From an uncultured Spartobacteria bacterium (GTDB lineage Bacteria; Verrucomicrobiota; Verrucomicrobiia; Chthoniobacterales; UBA6821): a stretch of 64,000 nt of DNA. Position 1 is the stretch's first letter; every line of letters begins with the position of its first letter. Below, in pieces: positions 1 to 9,095 of the stretch. Below the pieces are notes generated by a model, which worked only from the letters and a program-made list of their open reading frames with translations, did not search any database and was not told where the DNA came from. A program made the translations under genes and the position numbers. The stretch is taken from assembly GCA_903847935.1 (NCBI GenBank), contig CAINEX010000051.1, positions 828 through 64,827 on the forward strand, written 5' to 3'.

Positions 1-581
1 ATGACTGCGGGGATCCCCGATCGAAAGATCCCGGCCTTTTCCCGTGCGATCTCCGCAAGAGTTCCACCAAGCCACTCGGTGTGATCCAGGGCGATCGGTG
101 TGATCGCACAGGCCATCTTCGGTGCCGTATTGGTTGCATCCAATCGGCCGCCCAGACCGGTCTCCAGGACGACGATCTCGCACCCCTCCCGGTCAAAGTG
201 AGCAAAGGCAAGTGCGGTCACGAGCTCGAAGAATGTCGGTTGCTCGGCCCCCTCCCACCCCTGTGTCACCTCACGGAGGCGTTGGATCCCCTCCTCCAAA
301 GCGGTGGCGGTGGCATTCTCTCCATTCACCCGGATCCTCTCTGAGAAATCCACCAGATGAGGCGACGTGTAGAGCCCCGTCCTGTAACCGGCGGCTCGAA
401 GAACAGACTCACTCATGGCACAGACGGAGCCCTTGCCATTGGTTCCCGCGACATGAAGACAGCGAAGGCGCTGCTCTGGGTTGCCCAGCGCCTTCAGCAA
501 GCGCTCCATCCTCTGCAACCCAGGGAAGATCCCCCGGGATTGGGTGGACATCAGCCAATCGAGCGGGGAGTCAGCTTGCAT
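1..581 (-). CDS. folC: Folylpolyglutamate synthase/dihydrofolate synthase FolC, N-terminal ~193 codons (the rest lies beyond the window start)
   Basis: Not in the ORF track because there is no stop in the window. My translation of the minus strand from ATG 581-579 gives MQADSPLDWLMSTQSRGIFPGLQRMERLLKALGNPEQRLRCLHVAGTNGKGSVCAMSES...LETGLGGRLDATN...IAREKAGIF and stays open to position 1. It has the Mur-ligase P-loop GTNGKGS and the classic accD-folC adjacency. Confidence 0.85.
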   Translation of the reverse strand, partial: MQADSPLDWLMSTQSRGIFPGLQRMERLLKALGNPEQRLRCLHVAGTNGKGSVCAMSESVLRAAGYRTGLYTSPHLVDFSERIRVNGENATATALEEGIQRLREVTQGWEGAEQPTFFELVTALAFAHFDREGCEIVVLETGLGGRLDATNTAPKMACAITPIALDHTEWLGGTLAEIAREKAGIFRSGIPAV

Positions 582-632
582 TGACATCAAAAGAACTCAC
601 AAGACCCCCGTCGGGTTTTCCAAACCCACCCC

Positions 633-1475
633 TTACTTCCCCATCAGATTCCCGAGGATCGTGATGATCGTTTCCCGCATTTTGGCGCGAGGAACAATCT
701 CGTCGACAAGTCCGTGCTCGAGGAGGAACTCCGCCGTCTGGAATCCTTCGGGGAGCTCCTGATGCGTTGTCTCCCGGATGACCCTGGGTCCAGCGAAGCC
801 GATCATGCTCCGGGGTTCGGCAAGCGTGATGTCGCCCAGCGTTGCAAAGCTGGCCATGACTCCGGCCGTGGTGGGATTCGTCAGGACTGCAATGTAGGGA
901 AGTCCTGCTTCGGCATGACGTGCCAGAGCCCCGCTGGTCTTGGCCATCTGCATGAGGGAGAGCATTCCCTCGTACATGCGGGCCCCACCCGAGGTGCAGA
1001 AAATGATGACAGGACTCTTGGCCTTGGTGGCAGCCTCGATGGTCCGGGTGATCTTCTCTCCAACTACCGATCCCATTGTGGCGGCAAGAAAGGCGAAATC
1101 CATCACCGCCAACCCGATCCGGTGTCCCCCGATCTTTGCTGACCCGGTGATCACGGCATCCGTCAGACCGGTCTTCTTGCGGTAGGTCGTGAGGCGATCC
1201 TCATAAGTGGCAACCCCCTTGAAACCAAGGGGATCAACAGATGACATAGCCTCGTCAGTCTCCTCGAAGCTCCCCTCATCCACCAAAATGCCGATACGCT
1301 CCTTGGCACCCATGCTAAAATGATACTCACATTTCGGACAGACACGCAGATTCTCCTCGATGGCAAGATGGTGGATCATTTCCGAGCATCCCGGGCACTT
1401 CGTCCAGAGACCTTCGGGCATCTCTCTCTTTTTCTTGTCCGAAAATTTGAGTGTTGGCTTTTTGAAAATCGTCAT
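633..1475 (-). CDS. accD: Acetyl-CoA carboxylase carboxyltransferase beta subunit
   Basis: ORF 633..1496 (-). It has an N-terminal zinc ribbon (CPGC...CPKC) and then the carboxyltransferase fold (GGARMYEG, LTNPTTAGV). The track start at 1496 is TTG, so I prefer the first ATG (MTIFKKP) at 1475. Confidence 0.93.
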   Translation of the reverse strand: MTIFKKPTLKFSDKKKREMPEGLWTKCPGCSEMIHHLAIEENLRVCPKCEYHFSMGAKERIGILVDEGSFEETDEAMSSVDPLGFKGVATYEDRLTTYRKKTGLTDAVITGSAKIGGHRIGLAVMDFAFLAATMGSVVGEKITRTIEAATKAKSPVIIFCTSGGARMYEGMLSLMQMAKTSGALARHAEAGLPYIAVLTNPTTAGVMASFATLGDITLAEPRSMIGFAGPRVIRETTHQELPEGFQTAEFLLEHGLVDEIVPRAKMRETIITILGNLMGK

Positions 1476-1528
1476 CGCCTTTTGATTCTGCAACAAACCT
1501 AGGGCCTATGGGAAGAGGGAAGGCTACC

Positions 1529-2242
1529 TCAACCTCTGGCAAGCGTGAGCGCCGAGACATCCGTTGCTCCGCCTTCCATGAGAAGGGAGGCACAGGCATC
1601 GAGTGTGGCCCCTGTGGTTGCAACATCATCGATCAGAAGAATAGTGGCGTCGACAGGCACCCGCCCCCGAAGCGAAAAGGCTCCCCTCAGGTTCTCCAAT
1701 CTCCCCGCACGGTCGAATCCTGCCTGAGGAGCGGTGGAGATGTTCCTTTTCAGCAACCGGAGCAGAGGAAGACCGAGTTGCTTGGCAAGGGATCGGGCCA
1801 GAAGATCGGATTGGTTGAATTCCCGTTCCCGCTCCCGGAGCGGATGCAGGGGGACAGGAACCACGGCGTCAAATATCTTCTTCACCAACCTCGGATCCTC
1901 CAAAGCCGGTATCATCAGTTCTGAAAGGAGCGGCAACAGACTCTGATCGCGACCGTACTTAAAGCGATGGATCAACTCCTGAAGCAGACCTTCAAAACGG
2001 CACGCTGCAACGATCGTTGTGAGATGCCATCGTCGCCCCTCGCAGTTCGGGCACTGAAACAGACCCGCCATCGGATGAGAGCAGACGGGACACTGGTGCT
2101 CCGGAGCGTCAAGGATCAGGGCACGGCAATGCTTGCAGATGAACCGCTCGGCACCATCACCACCTGCACGGCCACGGCCGGAGAGATCGTCCAATCGGCA
2201 ACCGCATCCCCCGCAGTGCGCGGGATAGACAAGAGAGAGCAT
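1529..2242 (-). CDS. comF: ComF family protein (amidophosphoribosyltransferase-like)
   Basis: ORF 1529..2425 (-). It has Cys-rich zinc-ribbon segments (CGGCGC, CKHC, CPVC, CPNC) and the C-terminal PRTase motif ILLIDDVATTGATL. I prefer the ATG at 2242 (MLSLVYPAHCGGC), which removes the overlap with the upstream gene. Confidence 0.8.
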   Translation of the reverse strand: MLSLVYPAHCGGCGCRLDDLSGRGRAGGDGAERFICKHCRALILDAPEHQCPVCSHPMAGLFQCPNCEGRRWHLTTIVAACRFEGLLQELIHRFKYGRDQSLLPLLSELMIPALEDPRLVKKIFDAVVPVPLHPLREREREFNQSDLLARSLAKQLGLPLLRLLKRNISTAPQAGFDRAGRLENLRGAFSLRGRVPVDATILLIDDVATTGATLDACASLLMEGGATDVSALTLARG

Positions 2243-2298
2243 CCCGCAGCCCCCCTCCCGAAACAGGTGGGGGAGTGAATTAATCCAATGAATCAGCT

Positions 2299-3339
2299 TC
2301 AATTCCCGTAGATTTTTTCGTGTAGCAGAGGTTGCCGGCGTCTTCTGAAAAGAAGGACCGCAAGACAACCTGTCAGTAAAAGCGCCACCATCGGCATCAA
2401 TCCCACGGGGACCATCCCATTGCACTGGGGAGGCCCAAGGAGAGGAAGAAACTTATCTTGCGGAAGTGCCGTGTAGCCCGACACCACATTCAGCGCCTGT
2501 TGGCTGAAAATAAAGAGGCCATGAAGACCGATGGAGGCCCACAGCGAGCCTGTCCTGATAGTCAGCCAAGAGAGAATCACGCCGGCCGTAAAGAGAGTCA
2601 GTAGCGACCAGATCAGAATTCTCCAAGGCGGCAAGGCCCCGCCAATCGCACTGAGTTGGTGAAGGCCGCTCCACCAAGCGGGGGCCTCGGAGATCCCCGC
2701 ACCCGAAGGAGGGATATTGAGAAAATGAACAGCGGCAAAGACCAGTGAGGAGAAAATGATCGCCGGCAGCGGGGGCATCGCCTGACGGAAAAATCCCAGC
2801 AGCACTCCCCTAAAAAGAAACTCCTCGATTGCAGCCACCGCACCAGCGGTCAGGATCAGCTTAGGCAGTAAAAAGAGGATCAGATGAGGATAACCAAACC
2901 GCATGGTGAAAGCGCCCGAGAGGAGGAGCACAGGTTCCAGCAGAAGGCCGCAGAAGAGACCGCAGAGCATTCCTATGCCAAGATCTCTCAGCGGATGCCC
3001 GTTCCTCGACAAGCCGAACTCTTCCAACGATCGGATCCGCAAGGAGCGTAGGAGCGGCCAGAGGAAGAGCAGGGCGGCAATCTGAAGACTCCGTGACACG
3101 TAGCGGTGGAAGGGCATCCTCTGGATATCGCCCGTGAAGCCGCCAAACCAACCGGATGGTATGCCATGAATCAGATGCCAGACCAAGGGAGCCGCCAGGG
3201 CACCCCCCAGAAGAACAACGACCAGATAGAGAAAGATCTTCCCGAGGGAGCTCACGCAAGGAAAACTAGCACCATCCCTCTCCAACACCAAGTACTGCCT
3301 GAAACCATGAGAAAAAAGACCACTAACGGAGGAAGACAA
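2299..3339 (-). CDS. CPBP family intramembrane glutamic endopeptidase (CAAX protease/Abi-like)
   Basis: Polytopic membrane ORF with the CPBP motifs EEFLFRG and FAAVHF. The track start at 3339 is TTG. An in-frame GTG at 3255 (VSSLGKIFLYLVVV) is a plausible alternative start. Confidence 0.75.
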   Translation of the reverse strand: MSSSVSGLFSHGFRQYLVLERDGASFPCVSSLGKIFLYLVVVLLGGALAAPLVWHLIHGIPSGWFGGFTGDIQRMPFHRYVSRSLQIAALLFLWPLLRSLRIRSLEEFGLSRNGHPLRDLGIGMLCGLFCGLLLEPVLLLSGAFTMRFGYPHLILFLLPKLILTAGAVAAIEEFLFRGVLLGFFRQAMPPLPAIIFSSLVFAAVHFLNIPPSGAGISEAPAWWSGLHQLSAIGGALPPWRILIWSLLTLFTAGVILSWLTIRTGSLWASIGLHGLFIFSQQALNVVSGYTALPQDKFLPLLGPPQCNGMVPVGLMPMVALLLTGCLAVLLFRRRRQPLLHEKIYGN

Positions 3340-3605
3340 TGAGAGGGAACCATGAGTGGATCGTCCGCGATGAGGACGGTGTGAAGAGGGAGATCCGGGT
3401 CATCAAGGAGGCAAGCCTTTTTCGCTTCCAAACCAAACGTGCCGACGCCGAGGTCTGGACCTACTTTGATAACAAGAAGACCAAGCCGAATCCGGCAGAT
3501 GTCGAGTCGCTGATCGAGGTGCTCGAGCGGAAATACCAACGCAAGCGTGCTCCTTACAGCGACCTTCTACTTGCCAAGAAAATGCTGGCAGATCTGCCTC
3601 GATAA
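3339..3605 (+). CDS. Hypothetical small protein (88 aa)
   Basis: ATG-initiated ORF in an otherwise empty interval, with balanced charged composition and no family I recognise. Confidence 0.45.
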   Translation: MRGNHEWIVRDEDGVKREIRVIKEASLFRFQTKRADAEVWTYFDNKKTKPNPADVESLIEVLERKYQRKRAPYSDLLLAKKMLADLPR

Positions 3606-3664
3606 GAACTCTTGTTGTGCCGTTATGAGTCTCCGATTTTCACACTGCTAAAAAAAACAAACCC

Positions 3665-4087
3665 ATGTCTCCGGAACCAAATCACTGGCTCGTCAAGTCC
3701 GAACCCTCCGCTTACTCATGGGCGGATCTTGTGCGCGATGGGAAGACCGCCTGGACAGGGGTTCGCAACTTCCAGGCACGGAACAACCTCCGAGCCATGA
3801 AAAAGGGAGATCTGGTCTTCTTCTACCGGAGCGTCACCGATCCTGCGGTCATGGGGATCTCCAAGGTCGTGAAGGAGGCCTATCCCGATCCGACCACGAA
3901 GGAGGGTGACTGGAGTTGTGTCGATCTTGAACACGTAAAACCCCTCCCCTCCCCCGTGACACTGGCATCGATCAAGGAGGAACCGCCATTGGCAGAGATC
4001 GCACTCATCAGGCAATCGCGCCTGAGTGTCATGCCGGTCACAAAGAAAGAATACGAGCAGATCGTAAAAATGGGTGGCAAGAGCTGA
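3665..4087 (+). CDS. EVE domain-containing protein (PUA-like fold)
   Basis: HWLVKSEPSAYSWADL...WTGVRNFQARNNLRAMKKGDLVFFYRS matches the stand-alone EVE/THYN1-like signature, and the size (140 aa) is typical. Confidence 0.85.
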   Translation: MSPEPNHWLVKSEPSAYSWADLVRDGKTAWTGVRNFQARNNLRAMKKGDLVFFYRSVTDPAVMGISKVVKEAYPDPTTKEGDWSCVDLEHVKPLPSPVTLASIKEEPPLAEIALIRQSRLSVMPVTKKEYEQIVKMGGKS

Positions 4088-4298
4088 GCATGCTTCTTTA
4101 GAAATGCACCCCTTGAAAGGGTTCGAAAGAGCCTATTTTTAATCGATAAAGTGATTCCCCAACAGAAGGGGAGGGAGTCCTGTGGTTTTCTCCGGACCTA
4201 ATCCTTTGTCTTTTTCTCTGTGCCTCGGCGTTTCAGCGGGAAAACTTTCACTTTCCAAATTCAACCTTTCTGACTGAGAGGAGGAGGCTTGAGACGCC

Positions 4299-6086
4299 CT
4301 ACTCGTCCAAGACAGCCAGGTCGCTGGCGGTGACGCGCAGGACTTCCTCCAGTGAGGTCTGGCCAAGGGAAGCCTTGCGCCACCCATCCTTACGCAGAGT
4401 GACCATGCCATCGGCAAGGGCCTGCTCCGCCAGATCGCTGCCGGTGGCCCGTCGCTGAATGAGTTCCTGCAGAGTAGGAGTCATGAGGCAAATCTCCATG
4501 ATGGCGATCCGTCCCGAGTAACCGCTTCCACGACAATGCTGGCAACCGACCGGTTGGCGAAGACCTCCCGCCATCTCGAGCGGGAATCCGATGCGGGTCA
4601 ACTCGTCATGAGTCATCTCCGTCGGCTTGGAACACTTCGGGCAAAGTTTCCTGACGAGACGCTGCGCCAGGAAGGCCCTCACGGAAGAACCAACCAGGAA
4701 AGGCTCGACCCCCATGTCGAGCAGACGGGTGATGCCCCCCACGGCATCGTTCGTGTGAAGCGTACTGAAGACCAAGTGTCCCGTGAGAGCCGCGCGGATG
4801 GCGATATCAACCGTCTCCACGTCACGCATCTCACCGACCATGATGACGTTGGGGTCGCCTCGGAGGATGCTGCGAAGAGCGTTGGCAAAGGTGAGGTCGA
4901 TCTCGGGCTTCACCGCGATCTGGATGACCCCGTCAATTTTGTGCTCAACAGGGTCCTCGATGGTGACGATGCGGCGCTCCTTCACATTGAGTGAACTCAG
5001 GAAGGTGTAGAGTGACGTACTCTTTCCGCAACCGGTCGGACCAGTGACCAACACGATGCCGTTGGGCATGGAGATGAGTGTTCGGATCTTCTTCTCGATA
5101 GCGGGCTCCAACCCAAGCCTGGCAAAGTCAAAATGCTCCTGTCCCAGGAGTCGGAGGCTGACATTCTCGCCATGGACGCAAGGGATGGTGGCCACACGCA
5201 CGTCGATGGCGCGCCCCTTGTCCTCGAGCGCGATACGGCCATCCTGGGGAAGGCGCCGCTCCGCAATGTCAAGGGAGGCCATGATTTTCAGCCGTGAGAT
5301 CACCGAGTCCTGAAGGACCCTGATCTGTGGAGGGACCGAGGCCTCGTGGAGGACACCGTCGATCCGGTAACGGATACGCAGGTCATGACCGAGCGGCTCG
5401 AAGTGAATGTCGGTCGCTCCCTGATGAAGGCCCTCGCGCAGGATCTGATTCACGAACTTCATGACGGATGCTTCCGGATCCTCATCGTCCAGGACATTCA
5501 CCTCCTCCTTCTCGACCACAACCTCCTCGTCACGACCTTCAAGCAACTCCTCGAAGGTCTCCGCTCCGACCCCATAAGCGGACTTCACCGCTTCAATCAG
5601 CCTGCGGCGTGTCGTCATCACGAGTCTCACGGGGCCGGGATGGTGGTGGGAGACGGCTTGCCAGGCGGCATGGTCAAAGGGATCCCAGATGAGGACCGAC
5701 ATCTCCTTGGCCTTCTCATCCATCTCCTCAACCAACTCCTGTTCAAGTTCAGCGGTCGCAATCCCCTTACGCGGTTCCTCCGGCAGCATCTGAAAACCAA
5801 GGGCAAGGCGGGCGGGGAAGGCGGAACGGACATTCTCGAGAGGAACGACCTCGGTCTCCTCCCTCCACTCCATGCCGAGCTCATGGGCCAACTCCTTCAG
5901 GAAATCGTTCTCAGCGACCAACCCGGTCGAGAGAAGTGTCCCCACCGGGGACTGCTGGGAAAAGGCCGCGCGGGCTAGGGCCTCCCTCAAGGCTTCCGGA
6001 TCCTTGCACCCCACCTTGGAAGCCACGGAGACAAGGATCTCCCCAAGCCCGGAGAGAGGGGCGGCGGTGAGGGCGACTTCGGGCAT
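4299..6086 (-). CDS. GspE/PilB family secretion ATPase (type II secretion / type IV pilus assembly)
   Basis: Walker A is GPTGCGKST. The VGEMRD and TGHLVFSTLHTN boxes are present, as is the tetracysteine CPKC...CQHC. The N-terminal domain is T2SSE_N-like. Confidence 0.9.
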   Translation of the reverse strand: MPEVALTAAPLSGLGEILVSVASKVGCKDPEALREALARAAFSQQSPVGTLLSTGLVAENDFLKELAHELGMEWREETEVVPLENVRSAFPARLALGFQMLPEEPRKGIATAELEQELVEEMDEKAKEMSVLIWDPFDHAAWQAVSHHHPGPVRLVMTTRRRLIEAVKSAYGVGAETFEELLEGRDEEVVVEKEEVNVLDDEDPEASVMKFVNQILREGLHQGATDIHFEPLGHDLRIRYRIDGVLHEASVPPQIRVLQDSVISRLKIMASLDIAERRLPQDGRIALEDKGRAIDVRVATIPCVHGENVSLRLLGQEHFDFARLGLEPAIEKKIRTLISMPNGIVLVTGPTGCGKSTSLYTFLSSLNVKERRIVTIEDPVEHKIDGVIQIAVKPEIDLTFANALRSILRGDPNVIMVGEMRDVETVDIAIRAALTGHLVFSTLHTNDAVGGITRLLDMGVEPFLVGSSVRAFLAQRLVRKLCPKCSKPTEMTHDELTRIGFPLEMAGGLRQPVGCQHCRGSGYSGRIAIMEICLMTPTLQELIQRRATGSDLAEQALADGMVTLRKDGWRKASLGQTSLEEVLRVTASDLAVLDE

Positions 6087-6163
6087 CCCTCAACTATCCA
6101 CCCGCAGAGCGTCACTGCAAGCGAAAGGCTCCTGATTGCCATCTAAAAACTCCCTTGCCGGGA

Positions 6164-7705
6164 TCACTCTTCCAGAACGATCACCGAGGCGGAGGAGTCG
6201 GGAGCCCTCTCGGGGAGCCCCTTTAAGATGGTGCCGCTTCCATCATCATTCTCCAGAAGAGAGAGTTTGACCGTCGGATCGGCGAGCAGTCTTGCCGAGA
6301 CAAACTTCCGGGAAGTTTTTGGAATCTGAAAGGCACCATCCTTGGGCCAGTCGAAGACCATGAGGTAGATCCTGCCGGGCTTGGAGGTGGCACGCCACTT
6401 CCACTCGGGAATAAACTTTGGATGCCCCTCCTTGTCCCTCTCAGTCGGGCTGAATGATCCCATGAGACCATCGAAAGGGGTGGGACCGCTGCCGTAGATT
6501 GCCTCACCGTTCACCTTCATCCAGTTGCCGATTTCGGAGAGCCTTTTGAGACTTTCCTCAGGAATGTTGCCAAGCGAGTCAGGGCCGACATTCAACAGGT
6601 AGTTCCCCCCTTTGCTGGCAATATCGCAGAGGTTGCGGATGAGGGTCTCCGAAGATTTCCAGTTGGCATCCTCCTTTTTGAATCCCCAGGTACCGTTCAT
6701 CGTCATGCAGGTTTCCCAGTCGCGGCCGGGGAATCCCTGTGGAGGAACGAACTGTTCCGGCGTGGTGGTGTCACCGGGATAAAGCCCCTTACGGCTCAAC
6801 CGAGCCTCTTTGCCATCGTTGAGTCGGTCATTCTGGATCACCCCGGGTCGGAGGCTCTGGACAACCCTCTGGATTCGCTCTGATCGCTGGGGATTCATCT
6901 CGACGGGGGTGTCCCACCAGATCACCGCCGGGGTGCCGGAGCCGTAATTAGTCAGGAGTTCCTTGATTTGGGGGATGGCGATCTTGTCGAGGTAATCGTC
7001 CATGTTTCGGTCCTGGGCCTTATCCCAGTGCCCCCCATGCGCCGCTGAGCCGCCGTTGTTCCAGTCCTGAGCCTGTGAGTAGTAAAAACCAAGCTTGATC
7101 CCCTGCTTGCGGCATTCCTCGGCAATCTCCTTCAAGGGATCCTTACCATAAGGGGTGGCCCGAACGATCGACCAGTCGCTCGCCTTGGTATCGAACATGG
7201 CGAAGCCATCGTGGTGCTTCGAAGTGATCACGATATACTTCATCCCCGCCGACTTGGCGGCAGCCACAAATTTTGCGGAGTCAAAACAGACCGGGTTGAA
7301 TTCCTTGGCAAAGGCTTGGTACTCGGCAACAGGGATCTTTGCATTGTTCATGATCCACTCCCCGGCACGCTCGACCGGCTTACCGTGGTAATATCCCGCG
7401 GGCACGGAATAGACCCCCCAGTGAATAAACATCCCGAACTTGGCCTCTCTCCACCAAGCCATACGAGCGTCGTGTTCCTGCTTCGACTCCCCCTTCACCG
7501 ACGAAAGGGGATGCTCTGCATCAAGTGTGGGGGCTGCTGTCGAATTGCTCGTTTGCGAAACCGAAGTCGCGGTTACGGCCATGGGCACAGATGTTCGTGC
7601 ATGATCCTGTGCAAGTAGTGGTCCCGTAAAGAGAGGGAGCAGCCCTGCAACTGAAGTGCAGGTCGACAAAGCAAAACGACATTTGAAAGGGGGTATCTTA
7701 TTCAT
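6164..7705 (-). CDS. Alpha-L-fucosidase, GH29, secreted
   Basis: N-terminal signal-like segment, then AWWREAKFGMFIHWGVYSVPAG and KHHDGFAMF, the hallmark GH29 blocks, plus a C-terminal beta domain. Confidence 0.9.
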   Translation of the reverse strand: MNKIPPFKCRFALSTCTSVAGLLPLFTGPLLAQDHARTSVPMAVTATSVSQTSNSTAAPTLDAEHPLSSVKGESKQEHDARMAWWREAKFGMFIHWGVYSVPAGYYHGKPVERAGEWIMNNAKIPVAEYQAFAKEFNPVCFDSAKFVAAAKSAGMKYIVITSKHHDGFAMFDTKASDWSIVRATPYGKDPLKEIAEECRKQGIKLGFYYSQAQDWNNGGSAAHGGHWDKAQDRNMDDYLDKIAIPQIKELLTNYGSGTPAVIWWDTPVEMNPQRSERIQRVVQSLRPGVIQNDRLNDGKEARLSRKGLYPGDTTTPEQFVPPQGFPGRDWETCMTMNGTWGFKKEDANWKSSETLIRNLCDIASKGGNYLLNVGPDSLGNIPEESLKRLSEIGNWMKVNGEAIYGSGPTPFDGLMGSFSPTERDKEGHPKFIPEWKWRATSKPGRIYLMVFDWPKDGAFQIPKTSRKFVSARLLADPTVKLSLLENDDGSGTILKGLPERAPDSSASVIVLEE

Positions 7706-7764
7706 GGGGAGATCCCCACCCTAGAAATTGTGAGTCACGTTTCAAGGCATCCCACGCCCCCTAC

Positions 7765-8937
7765 TTAATTTTCTCCAAGAATGAGCTTTAGATTCCTGAC
7801 GGAATCAAAGTACTCCACAGCCGTCCTCCGCGCCAGCTTGGAGGATCGCTCCCAGTCACCTAGAACCTGATGGGAGGCCTCGACCGCTTCATCCAACGAC
7901 CGGACAAAGAACATCCCCGACTCGGTGGGAAGGAATCGTTCAGCTCCGGTCGGCTCCGTCACGACCGGACGTCCCAGCGCCAGGAAGGCAGCGGCACGGT
8001 CACTGAGCCATCCGCTGCCCATCAGTGCCTCAAGTTTCACCGCCGTGAACTCCGCCGTCGCCCCCGCCAGGTAGCGGTAGTAGGCGGCGGGTGTTCGCGT
8101 CAGGGCATGCGGAGTCACCACACGCCAACCGAGCGATCGGAGGCGGTCACGCTCCGGGTCGTCGGGATTGAGGTTCATCGCCAGCTCGAAGGTCGCTTCG
8201 GTCACCCTCTTGGGAAGATCCATGTAGGGGGCGAAGGCGGACTGCTTGGAGTAGTCGCGGTATTCCCCACCGATCATGATCATCCCGTCCCAGTACCATT
8301 GTCCGATCGTGGTGAAGCGGGGCTTCCCCTTTGGTTTTGGCTGAGGCTTGAGCAACTCCGTATCGACCAAGGGGAAGTAACTTTTCCACGTCACGATGGG
8401 TTTAGGCAACCGGGGGTCGATCGCATCCATGCAGAGACCGACGGACCAGAATTCGTCATGGCAAGACTGCCCCATCTCCATCTGATCCATCCAGAAGAGC
8501 ACCTCGGTCGGGTCGAGACTGCAGAGGAGCCTGCGACCGAAGAGATTCGTGAGCTGAGGCTTGAGGGAATAGCTGAGATTGATGAGTGCCGAGTGAGGAG
8601 CCAATCCCTTGAGCGTGGACGCAGACATTCCAAATACCCTCATCTGATCAAGGTGATGCTCCTCGATTCCCTCCACCTTCTGAGTCGGTCGGAGTAGCAG
8701 GCAATACTCCACTCCGTAGAATGCCATCCGCCGACGGAAGACTCGGATGCAGTGAGCATCCTTCGAGGGGTCCCCGCTCTCCTGAAGCACCTCGAGCCAT
8801 ATCCCGCGACGGCCCATGCGCTTCAGTCCGGTCAGGTACTGAAGAGGCACCGAAAAATTGCCACCACCCTCGGGGTACTTCGCGGCAAATCCGCATCCGA
8901 CAAAGACGGGAGGAGGAGTTGAGGATTTCACAGTCAT
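7765..8937 (-). CDS. Hypothetical protein, GT-B/CgeB-like glycosyltransferase fold (paralog 2)
   Basis: 390-aa ORF that is a paralog of 9096..10277. Shared blocks are FTTIGQW/FTTICNW, AEFTAVK/GEFTCAK and GWLSDRAAAFLALGRPVVTEPTG/GWFSDRTACYLAAGRPVITQETG. The C-terminal lobe resembles Glyco_trans_1_2. The function is not established. Confidence 0.55.
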   Translation of the reverse strand: MTVKSSTPPPVFVGCGFAAKYPEGGGNFSVPLQYLTGLKRMGRRGIWLEVLQESGDPSKDAHCIRVFRRRMAFYGVEYCLLLRPTQKVEGIEEHHLDQMRVFGMSASTLKGLAPHSALINLSYSLKPQLTNLFGRRLLCSLDPTEVLFWMDQMEMGQSCHDEFWSVGLCMDAIDPRLPKPIVTWKSYFPLVDTELLKPQPKPKGKPRFTTIGQWYWDGMIMIGGEYRDYSKQSAFAPYMDLPKRVTEATFELAMNLNPDDPERDRLRSLGWRVVTPHALTRTPAAYYRYLAGATAEFTAVKLEALMGSGWLSDRAAAFLALGRPVVTEPTGAERFLPTESGMFFVRSLDEAVEASHQVLGDWERSSKLARRTAVEYFDSVRNLKLILGEN

Positions 8938-9074
8938 GAATCAGGAAATCAGGGACTCAGGAAAAGAGGTGTGGGAACCGACGCGTTTTACCGTCAGTGG
9001 CATCATGGCAAAACTGAGGATCATGCCAGTCAACAAAATCCCCCTTCTTTCCTGATTTCCTGATTTCCTGATCA
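8938..9074. repeat. Inverted repeat built from 3x tandem 8-mers (TCAGGAAA / TTTCCTGA) flanking an 83-nt spacer
   Basis: The left arm holds TCAGGAAA (8941-8948), TCAGGGAC (8949-8956) and TCAGGAAA (8957-8964). The right arm holds TTTCCTGA three times (9048-9055, 9056-9063, 9064-9071). Positions 8940-8964 are complementary to 9048-9072 at 23 of 25 positions. Confidence 0.9.
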
Positions 9075-9095
9075 TTCATGGCAGCGATCCCGATC

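Noticed and set aside
81-664. Plus-strand ORFs 81..344, 122..664 and 357..584 at the window start.
   Set aside because: The opposite strand encodes a clear FolC N-terminus (GTNGKGS P-loop). The plus-strand products are Pro/Arg/Ser-rich nonsense.
4088-4298. 211-nt convergent spacer between the EVE gene and gspE as a possible small RNA gene.
   Set aside because: Only short 4-5 bp stems are present (for example GTTTC-AGCGG-GAAAC). Nothing resembles a known RNA family or a strong terminator. The overlapping 92-aa ORF 4139..4417 runs into gspE and looks spurious.
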